Below the pieces are notes generated by a model. It was not told where the DNA came from, did no database searches, and saw only the letters and a list, made by a program, of their open reading frames with translations. Positions 6,923-15,625 of a stretch of DNA of 25,129 nucleotides are shown one piece after another; the stretch's first letter is position 1; every line of letters begins with the position of its first letter. The DNA comes from a virus (Duplodnaviria; Heunggongvirae; Uroviricota; Caudoviricetes). The stretch covers positions 70,073-95,201 of the IMG/VR virus record IMGVR_UViG_3300035682_000012. One strand, written 5' to 3'. The position numbers and the translations under genes are program-made.

Positions 6923-7751
6923 TTATGTTTTTTATTATTTGTTCTGCAATAAGTCTAGAACCTCTAATTGAATTATGCTCATCCACCTCTACTGAATTTG
7001 TATCTTTTGTGATTGTTGCTTTTTCATAATCTCTGTAATATTCTAACAACGATTTTATATCTGCTTTATCACTATGTGTAAATGTTATAGTATTTGGTAG
7101 TATTAATTTGTCAATTACATCTTTAATCTTATTTTCACCTACATATTTTAATGTAGTTTCATTTAATTGTTCTATCGGAAATTCATCTAATAAAATTAAA
7201 TATTCACCACCATTTTGTTTAATATAGGATATAACGCCAATCAATGAATGTAAATCTTCTAAAAAAGCTATATCAGATGCAAAGAAGTTTGGTGCAAATT
7301 CATTAATTAATACTCTATGAATATACGGGTCCATACTATCGTAGTTATCAAAATTTGCCGTATAATTTACATATCGTTTTTGTAATTCAATATACATTTC
7401 ACGTCTAACTCCAATCGGCCACTCTAATATGAATAAAGTATCTTTAACTAATTCATTATTATTTAGCATCCAATTCATTGTTTTACGAACTGCTCTTTGT
7501 AATGAACCACCATATATCGATTCATCTATTACATTGATACCATAATGTTCTTTTAATCTACCACCAATGTTAAATTTTTGCCTAACCCAATCGTAATTAT
7601 TAAATGGTGTTTTTCCGTTATAATGTACAGGATGTGATGTATCTATATCGTTTGTTTCTTCAAAAAATTGGAATGTATTTGGATTAGAATGTCCCATGCC
7701 CCACATAAACGAACAACCATTGAGATATATTTGTTTAAATTTAAATGACAT
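6909..7751 (-). CDS. SGNH/GDSL-like hydrolase-fold protein
   Basis: IYLNGCSFMWG block I, GGS block II, C-terminal DEH. Confidence 0.6.
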   Translation of the reverse strand: MSFKFKQIYLNGCSFMWGMGHSNPNTFQFFEETNDIDTSHPVHYNGKTPFNNYDWVRQKFNIGGRLKEHYGINVIDESIYGGSLQRAVRKTMNWMLNNNELVKDTLFILEWPIGVRREMYIELQKRYVNYTANFDNYDSMDPYIHRVLINEFAPNFFASDIAFLEDLHSLIGVISYIKQNGGEYLILLDEFPIEQLNETTLKYVGENKIKDVIDKLILPNTITFTHSDKADIKSLLEYYRDYEKATITKDTNSVEVDEHNSIRGSRLIAEQIIKNINELS

Positions 7752-8502
7752 CGTTTTGTTTTAAGAAATTATACAACTTTTTAGCATATTTTTTATTATG
7801 CTCTGCTCCAGCGTGTTTTATATCTGCCGATTTATCTATGAAATTGTCATAATCACCATCAAATCTATTTTCTTCCTTAATTGTAGTATCATTTAAGAAA
7901 CTACCATTCCATACCATAGGAACATTATTTAATTTACAAAAATATGTAATCAATAGATGATTTTTATACCAATTAATTAAATCATTTTCATCTTGTGTAA
8001 TTTCTAAAAAACCAGCATGCTCTTTTTTGCCCAAATCATCCTCTAAAAAATATCCCCAAGGATTAACGTGAAATGGTTCTAAGTCACCAGTACCTGTATA
8101 ATATTCTTTTCGAGATGGATATGTATACATTATATTAACTAATTGTGGTCTTGCTGTTTTAAAGTAAGTTTGTAAACATCTGAAAATATAGTCATTACTT
8201 CTACCACCAAATCCAAAATTCAAATCTACTGCACCCGGTATAAGTTTACATAATTGATGTGACCATGTTTCCTCATCGTTAACACCAACACCTTCGGTGT
8301 GTGAATCACCAATACTCATAATTCTAAATCCATCTTTGTAAATAGAATCACCTCTATATCCTAATTCATTATAGGTATACCAGCAGTTGCCACTTTGGTC
8401 TGAACCACTTCCATTAAATTTTTGATTAACTCGTTCGTGTAGTCGCCATTTACAGGTAGCAACATCAAAACCATCTTTTGTCCAAAACTTTATTCCTTTC
8501 AT
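7741..8502 (-). CDS. SGNH/GDSL-like hydrolase-fold protein
   Basis: IGDSHTEGVGV, LNFGFGGRSND, C-terminal DIKH (DxxH). Confidence 0.7.
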   Translation of the reverse strand: MKGIKFWTKDGFDVATCKWRLHERVNQKFNGSGSDQSGNCWYTYNELGYRGDSIYKDGFRIMSIGDSHTEGVGVNDEETWSHQLCKLIPGAVDLNFGFGGRSNDYIFRCLQTYFKTARPQLVNIMYTYPSRKEYYTGTGDLEPFHVNPWGYFLEDDLGKKEHAGFLEITQDENDLINWYKNHLLITYFCKLNNVPMVWNGSFLNDTTIKEENRFDGDYDNFIDKSADIKHAGAEHNKKYAKKLYNFLKQNDVI

Positions 8503-8508
8503 ATATAA

Positions 8509-8540
8509 CTAATTTAATAAATAAAAACTATATTACCAAA
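8509..8540 (-). promoter_or_regulatory. Bacteroidota-type promoter (variant -7 box)
   Basis: TTTG-GTAATATAGTTTTTATTTAT-TAAATTAG, 20-nt spacer. Confidence 0.5.
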
Positions 8541-9356
8541 TTAAAGCTTAGCTAATTGTATTCTAAATTTAACGTTTGGATATTTTTTTTCTAATTGTTG
8601 TACTGCTGATATATTTTTTTGGGAATCATCTATAAAGAATATATCATCATATCCCTTTTTAATCATATCCTCAATGTACTTTGCTTTCTTTTGTGGGTCT
8701 GCATCACCTAATGCCATTACATAGATACTACCCATACCAATATCTTTTAAGTATTGTTTAACAGGTGCATATGCTGAACGAGCAGTTAATATAGTTACTC
8801 TACGTTCCCCTTCACTACTTACAAATCTTTTAAGTAATTTTGTATAACCCAGTATTTGTTCGGGTTCGTTTACATTGTTGAAATCTGAAAAATCAAATTG
8901 GTCACCTTGTTTTGGTGTATAAACTGCATATTCCCCAGGACTTAATTTAGATTTTTTTCCACCTCTATGTGTTACAAAAATAAATGATTTTGTTTTTACT
9001 AATGTATCATCGAAATCAAATATTCTTAATTTCTTATCTTCTGCCATTAAATCTCTTAATAACATTGATTCCTTTACATTCAACTTATCATCTTCAATAT
9101 GTCCATCAACCGGCTCATATCCTCTATCTATTTTGTCTTTGTTTTTATTATATAAATGTTGTGCACCAGGTTCATTTGGTTCACCATCATCAGAATCTAC
9201 GGTATGTTTTTCCGCAGGTACTCCCATATGTTTAGTGTATGTAGATGTAGCGTGATGTTGATTAAAATCACGTTCTGCTTCGGTTTTTTCAGTATCGGAA
9301 AGACCTGTATTTAAATGCTTACCTGTATCTTCTAACAAATCTTTTAACTTTATCAT
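8541..9356 (-). CDS. HAD-family phosphatase (RNA-repair/nucleotidase-like) with an acidic N-terminal extension
   Basis: LRIFDFDDTL, VTILTAR, KA, FFIDDS motifs. Probable start MIKLKDLLE at ATG 9356, overlapping the upstream TGA as ATGA. Confidence 0.75.
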   Translation of the reverse strand: MIKLKDLLEDTGKHLNTGLSDTEKTEAERDFNQHHATSTYTKHMGVPAEKHTVDSDDGEPNEPGAQHLYNKNKDKIDRGYEPVDGHIEDDKLNVKESMLLRDLMAEDKKLRIFDFDDTLVKTKSFIFVTHRGGKKSKLSPGEYAVYTPKQGDQFDFSDFNNVNEPEQILGYTKLLKRFVSSEGERRVTILTARSAYAPVKQYLKDIGMGSIYVMALGDADPQKKAKYIEDMIKKGYDDIFFIDDSQKNISAVQQLEKKYPNVKFRIQLAKL

Positions 9357-9673
9357 AGTCCACACATTTTTGTAAATTCACCTCTATTATAAATAACATT
9401 CTCTTTATTGAATTTTTCAATCATAGAATGCAATACTTCTTCTCTATTTTTCATATCTCTAATCATATGCACAATTTCTGCAACACCCACTACCATATCT
9501 CTATCGTTTTCATGTCCATCTTCTTCATTTACTTTTTTATTATCATGTCCACACTTGTGACAAACATAGATATTTTTTCCACCGTCTATAATATCCCAAG
9601 ACCACTTGCATTTGTCACAAATTATTTCTTTATTTGTTACAACTTCATTTAATAAATTTTTCAAAAGTATCAT
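9353..9673 (-). CDS. Hypothetical protein with a zinc ribbon and an MILLKNLLNE N-terminus
   Basis: CDKC...YVCHKCGHDN. Confidence 0.7.
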   Translation of the reverse strand: MILLKNLLNEVVTNKEIICDKCKWSWDIIDGGKNIYVCHKCGHDNKKVNEEDGHENDRDMVVGVAEIVHMIRDMKNREEVLHSMIEKFNKENVIYNRGEFTKMCGL

Positions 9674-9888
9674 TTAGGATGTTTATTTAAATATCGTGTA
9701 AGTAATATATAAGATAACCAAAAACAACCTGAAATTGAGTAAAAGATAACGTCTGCTCCCCAATACGAACCTGTCAATTCCATCATTAGTTTGAATAGTG
9801 CATCGTAACCCAGTGGTAGAAAGAACATCGCTAACATTAGTGATGTATCTTTTAAAACAGTTATTCTCTTTTTTGTCTGTTTTTCCAT
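9670..9888 (-). CDS. Small two-TM membrane protein
   Basis: Two hydrophobic helices; ATG with A-rich leader; 4-nt overlap with the downstream gene. Confidence 0.65.
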   Translation of the reverse strand: MEKQTKKRITVLKDTSLMLAMFFLPLGYDALFKLMMELTGSYWGADVIFYSISGCFWLSYILLTRYLNKHPK

Positions 9889-9947
9889 TTTTTAGTATTA
9901 TACTATCACCGTCCATTTAGGCCCTGATTTCGTTATTAATATTGAAC

Positions 9948-10268
9948 TTATCCATTCAATTGTTTCTTGTCTGATTTAGTTGATGTTTTTGCTAATTTTT
10001 CATTTTCTTTTGTAAGAAATTCAACTTTAACCGATAGTGCTGCTACTTGTTTAGTTAAATCTAAAATCATCATTCGTAAATCATCTTTTTCTTTACCGGC
10101 TGCTTCTAATAATCCTTCTAATTTAGCAATTCTATCTTTACAATCGTGTCTAATAAAATCTTCATCTCTTTCTTTATGCATTGCTCTTTTTTCATAGAAT
10201 CTCCATGCAGATGCTCCACCTAAAATTGAAATTGCGGTTATTAATACGGTATATGCGTTTTGGTCCAT
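9948..10268 (-). CDS. Single-TM plus coiled-coil protein (holin-like topology, function unproven)
   Basis: N-terminal TM followed by heptad-rich IAKLEGLLEAAGKEKDDLRMMILDLTKQVAALSVKVEFL. Confidence 0.65.
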   Translation of the reverse strand: MDQNAYTVLITAISILGGASAWRFYEKRAMHKERDEDFIRHDCKDRIAKLEGLLEAAGKEKDDLRMMILDLTKQVAALSVKVEFLTKENEKLAKTSTKSDKKQLNG

Positions 10269-10310
10269 TGTTTTTGTGTATTTAAGGGGGTTAATACTAT
10301 AATATAAATA

Positions 10311-11153
10311 TTAAATAATTGAATGAAATGATGTATAATATCCAGGATCATTTAATATACTATTATATATATTATCCGCTACAATTTCATGTGCTTCAAA
10401 ATTAGGATGCGAATCATCTATTCCTAAATCATCTACTACTCTTAATTTATTTATAGTTACAAAATCAAAGATATTAGAAAATGAAATACCATTATGTTGA
10501 ATTTTTACAAATATATTCTCATCAAATTTATCCAAATTTTCTTTGTAATCATCTGAATATGATATTACTTTTAATATAACACCTTTACTTTTTAAAATTT
10601 TATGTAGTATATTAATCTTACTTATAAAATATGCACTTTGATTTTTTCTCCAACGTACCTCATCTAATGTAAATAATTCTAATTCCAACTCTAACTTAGT
10701 TATAAAATCCTTTTTATCTACAACATCTATATTATCTATTAATTCTTTTTTTGATTTTAAAAAACCATCATATGTTTCAAAATCTAATTTATAAATTTTA
10801 TTTTCGTATATAAAAAAATCTCGTGTAACATTTGTAAGTTGCAATATAACTACCTTTGGTTTAAAAAAATTATGGTCAAACTTATCATCACCGGGTAAAT
10901 ATATCGAATTAATTGATTTTTTTATAATCTCTAATCCTTCAAAAAAATTACTTGAACCCGAACTTGATACGATTTGATTAGGTAAATCTAATTTTTTACC
11001 TAAAATACTAGAATATGAATGTTTATAATTAAAATATAACTCATCATTTGTAATTGTATTAAAATCTAATGGTAATCCTAGTTCTTTTCTTTTATAGAAG
11101 TGTAACGCTAATCCATGTGTAAATGAAGTACCAACCGCTAATATCTTATACAT
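10311..11153 (-). CDS. SGNH/GDSL-like hydrolase-fold protein
   Basis: ILAVGTSFTHG and C-terminal DDSHPN (DxxH). Confidence 0.6.
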   Translation of the reverse strand: MYKILAVGTSFTHGLALHFYKRKELGLPLDFNTITNDELYFNYKHSYSSILGKKLDLPNQIVSSSGSSNFFEGLEIIKKSINSIYLPGDDKFDHNFFKPKVVILQLTNVTRDFFIYENKIYKLDFETYDGFLKSKKELIDNIDVVDKKDFITKLELELELFTLDEVRWRKNQSAYFISKINILHKILKSKGVILKVISYSDDYKENLDKFDENIFVKIQHNGISFSNIFDFVTINKLRVVDDLGIDDSHPNFEAHEIVADNIYNSILNDPGYYTSFHSII

Positions 11154-11156
11154 AAC

Positions 11157-11534
11157 TTATTTTAAAGTTAATAAATACTTAGTTTTATTCAATGAACCTA
11201 ATAATTCATCTCTCAAATTAAGTAAATCAGTATCTACTTTTGCATCTAATGCACTTGTTATTTTTGTACAAATATCAATACCACCATCTATTACACTAAT
11301 TACATTTTCATCGGAAACATTGATGAAAGTATAACTCAAACCATCCACTGCGATTCTACCATATTTTCCCATTGTAATTTCTGCAAATTCATCTATGTTA
11401 CCTGAAATCGTATCATATAAATCACCTAATGCATTATGTTTTGCATAGATTTTAGTTTGCCAATGAAAGAACTTAACTTGAGTTTGTAAGTGGATAACGT
11501 CTTGTATGTATTGTTGTAATTCTTTATTTTCCAT
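11157..11534 (-). CDS. Ferritin/Dps-like four-helix protein (DUF5856-like)
   Basis: FHWQT...AKHNALGDLYD...IDEFAEITMGKYGR. Confidence 0.75.
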   Translation of the reverse strand: MENKELQQYIQDVIHLQTQVKFFHWQTKIYAKHNALGDLYDTISGNIDEFAEITMGKYGRIAVDGLSYTFINVSDENVISVIDGGIDICTKITSALDAKVDTDLLNLRDELLGSLNKTKYLLTLK

Positions 11535-12186
11535 TTGAATATTGTGTTTGATTTTCAGGTTTTGGAATGTTGTTTCCTAATTTTTTATCTTCCTGGTCAT
11601 AATATCCTTTTGATGCCTGAACAATATAGTTTTCGGCATTTGTGATATGGTCTTGTATCCATCCTGGAATATCTTTTTCGGTATCACCCAATCTACCCAT
11701 TAAATCATTTACTGCTTTACCAATACTCACCAATGATGCCTTTGCCATTGAAACTTCGTGGTCTTGTGTACCATTACTTGCTACTACATCACCACCCGGT
11801 TCTTCTTCTCTTAATATACTTTCTGGAGTTAATCTTCTTTTAACCATTAACTCTTTTGCTTCTTTTCTAGGTTTGATTTCGTTTTTATAGAATTCACTTA
11901 GTGTTGTATAAACAGTTTCATCAACATGCTTACCCATTCTCCATCCACCACCTTTCTTTTCATACATCTTAACTCTTTCTGTCATTCCTCTACCTTCACA
12001 TACTCTACCTGTTGCTTTCCACAAAATATCATTTGTTGGAGTAGGTTTTGTATCTCTCATTGTGCCTAATGGTCCTTCGTTTGTGTTTTCTGCACTTACA
12101 CCTGTAATTGCGGCTGATGGCATTCCTTCAAAATCATCTTCGGTTGGTACTTCCGGTTTAGTTGTTACACTATTGTTTGTTGTCAT
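11524..12186 (-). CDS. Hypothetical, probably virion-associated protein
   Basis: Acidic low-structure N-terminus; helical DHEVSMAKASL...DIPGWIQDHITNAENYI module; preceded by ATATTTATA. Confidence 0.6.
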   Translation of the reverse strand: MTTNNSVTTKPEVPTEDDFEGMPSAAITGVSAENTNEGPLGTMRDTKPTPTNDILWKATGRVCEGRGMTERVKMYEKKGGGWRMGKHVDETVYTTLSEFYKNEIKPRKEAKELMVKRRLTPESILREEEPGGDVVASNGTQDHEVSMAKASLVSIGKAVNDLMGRLGDTEKDIPGWIQDHITNAENYIVQASKGYYDQEDKKLGNNIPKPENQTQYSNGK

Positions 12187-12216
12187 AGTTATTTCCTCTA
12201 ATATATAAATATAAGA

Positions 12217-13335
12217 TTAATTTACTTTAATTAATTCATTCTGATATTCATTGTAGTTTTTTATATATAGATTAAATATATCTATTTTGAATTGCCCAAT
12301 TTGTGTATTTTGTTTTAATACATATGGTACTTTCATTAAAAATTCTATGTTTTCGTTTGTTAGATGTTCTGCATTTATTGTCACAAAACTATCATTGGTA
12401 AGTTCATCATTAATATCTTTTAACTTACTAACACCCTCAACTTGACCCAAATTATTAGTGTATATAGTTGTAAAGTATGGTTCTAAAAATATAACTAAAT
12501 CTTGTGGTGCATTATAAATGATTAACCCAATGTTATATTTTGGCATTGGAATTGGTTTGTGATTTATATCAAAATACCATATACACCCCCATTTTCTAAT
12601 ATATTTTTTTGTATCGGTATCTATTCTACTTTGATAATCATCTTGTACTTTTTGTAAATCACCACCTTCAAATTTATGCCCTCTTTGTGTAAAATGATAA
12701 ACTAATGCATCTCTACTTTGTATAATATCAAATCCACCAATTACCATTCTATGAAAAATATCAACATCTTCGATTGTTTGAAAATTTGTATCGTGTCCAC
12801 CTAATATATTAATGTACTCATCTTTCAATACAAACCAAGGTGCAAATATACCATTGTTAGTTGTATTTTTTTCTATCGTTTCATAGAACTCATCAAACTT
12901 AGATTGATTAAACTCATTTGGATATGTACCTGCATCTAATTGATATTTTTCCTTACCTGCTGGATGAATTGGTGGCTCTACACACATACCACATACGATT
13001 TTATTTGTTCCCACATACTTCAAAATATTCTCAAAGAAATTTTTGTGAACTATCATATCTGCGTGCAAAATCCCTATTACAGGTCTACTTGCTATTTGAA
13101 ATCCATAATCGTATAAAACAGGATGTCCAAGTTTTTCACTATATATGTGGGTAATTGTATTTGTATGTTTTAATGATAATAACCATTCATTTGTTCCATC
13201 ATTACACCCATCCCCATATAGTATAACTTCAATATCGTCAGAAATATCTCTAACTGATTTATATACTAATTTTAAATACTCTAAGTTATTATAACTTGGT
13301 ATTACTACTGAAATGTCTTTTAATTCGTAACTCAT
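12217..13335 (-). CDS. GT2-family glycosyltransferase
   Basis: SVVIPSYNN, GDGCNDGT, LHADM, EDVDIFHR. Confidence 0.9.
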   Translation of the reverse strand: MSYELKDISVVIPSYNNLEYLKLVYKSVRDISDDIEVILYGDGCNDGTNEWLLSLKHTNTITHIYSEKLGHPVLYDYGFQIASRPVIGILHADMIVHKNFFENILKYVGTNKIVCGMCVEPPIHPAGKEKYQLDAGTYPNEFNQSKFDEFYETIEKNTTNNGIFAPWFVLKDEYINILGGHDTNFQTIEDVDIFHRMVIGGFDIIQSRDALVYHFTQRGHKFEGGDLQKVQDDYQSRIDTDTKKYIRKWGCIWYFDINHKPIPMPKYNIGLIIYNAPQDLVIFLEPYFTTIYTNNLGQVEGVSKLKDINDELTNDSFVTINAEHLTNENIEFLMKVPYVLKQNTQIGQFKIDIFNLYIKNYNEYQNELIKVN

Positions 13336-13973
13336 TCGCCTACATCTTTTATGTGTCTACCCCACCCAGCATGCTTACAATATCCTTCTGTAAATGCCAT
13401 AGCAAAGTATCCTAATGAATAATAATATTTACTTAATTCTAATTCTCTACCTATTGGTTTATACCCATCTTCTGGATAATCTTTCATTTTCTTTAGTGCA
13501 GGATTGAATGTAAATCCGTGCCAATGTCCATCAAATCCCCAACTTACTCTTTGTACTTTATTTCCCATTGGAGTTAAATATACATCAGGTAAAAGTGGAT
13601 GCCCTATATCATTTGGGTCTCTTGTTTGAACACAAATAATCTTATCATCTAAATCTATAATTTCTAAACAAGCTTCTATAAATCCTTCTTTGTAAAATTC
13701 CCAATCTTCTTCCATATGAAAAACATACGGAGTAATTACATATCCATACATTTTATCTATACTTGCAACTTGTCCTATATTAGTTTTGTTGTACCAAAAA
13801 CTTACCGATGGGAATTTTTCTTTTAAATGGTCATTACAACCAATTACAGCACTATCATCAATTACATTGAAATCGGTAATTAGATATGTGTTATATTTGA
13901 AAAAACTTTCTAATGTTTTCTCTAACAAATCTGGTCTATTACAACTTGTACAAACTACACTTACTTCTTTCAT
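13332..13973 (-). CDS. GT-A fold (GT2-like) glycosyltransferase
   Basis: VVCTSCNRPDLLEKTLESF, VIDDS, FHMEEDW. Confidence 0.8.
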   Translation of the reverse strand: MKEVSVVCTSCNRPDLLEKTLESFFKYNTYLITDFNVIDDSAVIGCNDHLKEKFPSVSFWYNKTNIGQVASIDKMYGYVITPYVFHMEEDWEFYKEGFIEACLEIIDLDDKIICVQTRDPNDIGHPLLPDVYLTPMGNKVQRVSWGFDGHWHGFTFNPALKKMKDYPEDGYKPIGRELELSKYYYSLGYFAMAFTEGYCKHAGWGRHIKDVGE

Positions 13974-14452
13974 AATCTTATTATTCTTTGTACCATCGGT
14001 TTGATATTAATTAATGATGGTTCAAAATATTCTTTAAATTCTTTAAAACTTTTAAAACTTTTAAATGTATTTTTTTTATCAACTATTTTTTTTAATTCAT
14101 TATTTTTTTCAATAATGTAATTTGAATTATAATTTGGGTTATGTCTACTTTTAATTTGTATTTTTAATTCTTCTTCTTTCAAATTAATTATTCCAAATTT
14201 AATATTTTTATAATAATGTTTACACTCTAATATAAAGTTTGGTGGAAATATATTTGTTAAATAAATCTGATTATCTTTATTAACCAATTCTAACATAACA
14301 TCTATTAATAATATTTCATTTTCATATTCACCATTTGGTAATGCTTTTATCACATCCCAATCCACTAAATCATAATCTTTTAATTTATTATTGTTTAGTG
14401 AACAAAATGTTGTTTTACCACTACATTCGGTTGTGAAAATTATCCAATTCAT
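13970..14452 (-). CDS. P-loop kinase-like protein (degenerate Walker A)
   Basis: IIFTTECSGKTT, LVDWD, IKSRH lid-like Arg. Confidence 0.5.
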   Translation of the reverse strand: MNWIIFTTECSGKTTFCSLNNNKLKDYDLVDWDVIKALPNGEYENEILLIDVMLELVNKDNQIYLTNIFPPNFILECKHYYKNIKFGIINLKEEELKIQIKSRHNPNYNSNYIIEKNNELKKIVDKKNTFKSFKSFKEFKEYFEPSLINIKPMVQRIIRL

Positions 14453-15078
14453 TATAACGTTTCGTAAAGAGCATTTTGTTTTTCTTGTCTTTCTATTTCT
14501 TTAATGTGTTTAATACAATATGTTTCATCTTGTGGAAATATTGTATAACTTTCAAATCCCTGTAATTGTTCATGTACTTTACCTGCCCAAAAAATAGATT
14601 GTTTGTTTTGATATAATCTACCTTGAACATCAGGAAAATTTACCCATCCTTTCTCATTTACATTCCATCTCCATTTTTGAATATGTGATTCTGTTAATCC
14701 ATTCACTATATTAATTCTAGGAATAAAAAACATTTCAATAGTATCATTACCTTCTAATATATTTGATAATCCCTGTATTAATATTGGGTCTATTGTTTCG
14801 TCTGCATCTAATTGGAATATCCAGTCACCCGTACAATTTTGTGTAAGATGTTGTTTGTATGTTCCAAAATCTCCATTCAGAGGATATCCAATTGTTTTAT
14901 CAATTTTTTTGTCAAATGTCAAATCATTAAGATATTCAAGTACTTCAACCGTCACTTTTTGATTATCATATTGAACAACAATTTCATCTACTTCTCTTTT
15001 GTTTTCTATTAGTAGTGGTAATAATGTTTGTATTTCTTTTATTTCATTTACAACCGTAATTGCATAACTTATTTTCAT
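14452..15078 (-). CDS. GT2-family glycosyltransferase
   Basis: ISYAITVVNE, GDWIFQLDADE, PDVQGRL, VHE. Confidence 0.85.
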   Translation of the reverse strand: MKISYAITVVNEIKEIQTLLPLLIENKREVDEIVVQYDNQKVTVEVLEYLNDLTFDKKIDKTIGYPLNGDFGTYKQHLTQNCTGDWIFQLDADETIDPILIQGLSNILEGNDTIEMFFIPRINIVNGLTESHIQKWRWNVNEKGWVNFPDVQGRLYQNKQSIFWAGKVHEQLQGFESYTIFPQDETYCIKHIKEIERQEKQNALYETL

Positions 15079-15079
15079 A

Positions 15080-15625
15080 TTATATTATTTCTTGTTCATC
15101 TGTATTAAAATTTTTGAATCCTAATTTTGGTTTTAGTTTAGATACATCAAAATACAACTCTTTAATCATCTTTACATTTTTCTTTTTGTAAGTGCGATAT
15201 ACATCATATTTTTGCAAATCTCTATTATTTTTAACTGATTTTTTATAAAAGGTTCTACCACTTTTATCAATTAAGATTGCTTTCCTACCCGTGTCATATC
15301 CTAAATTTTCATTAAACGTTGCATCTTTATCTTCGATTTCTTTAATTAATTCACGAGTGTATGCTTGGTTTTGAATATCATCATATAATTTTAAAAATCT
15401 AGTTAATGGTAGTTCATTTAATTTTATACAATGTATCAATCCTTTTTGTGAATTTTTACCTAATACCAATAACAATGGGGTTGTTGCGGCACTATATGAT
15501 TCACTTACTCCTGTATCTTCATATTTGTAACCATATAATCTATAAAATCCGCCATTCTTAACTTCATTAATAGAGGTTACTATTTCTTTATAAAAATATT
15601 TTCTATAATGATGTATCTGATTCAT
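15080..15625 (-). CDS. Hypothetical phage protein; weak resemblance to T4 gp2 DNA end protector
   Basis: PLLLVLG...IHCIKLNELP...YRTY spacing recalls the gp2 PLxxxLG...GLNLHYLP...KxY pattern; not verified. Confidence 0.45.
   Translation of the reverse strand: MNQIHHYRKYFYKEIVTSINEVKNGGFYRLYGYKYEDTGVSESYSAATTPLLLVLGKNSQKGLIHCIKLNELPLTRFLKLYDDIQNQAYTRELIKEIEDKDATFNENLGYDTGRKAILIDKSGRTFYKKSVKNNRDLQKYDVYRTYKKKNVKMIKELYFDVSKLKPKLGFKNFNTDEQEII

Noticed and set aside
9893-9905. Palindrome TAGTAT-T-ATACTA upstream of the 9888 start
   Set aside because: Single short AT-rich instance that could easily arise by chance.
9683-9916. 77-aa ORF overlapping 9670-9888 in another frame
   Set aside because: The 9670-9888 frame has the A-rich leader, a coherent two-TM pattern and coupling to the downstream gene.
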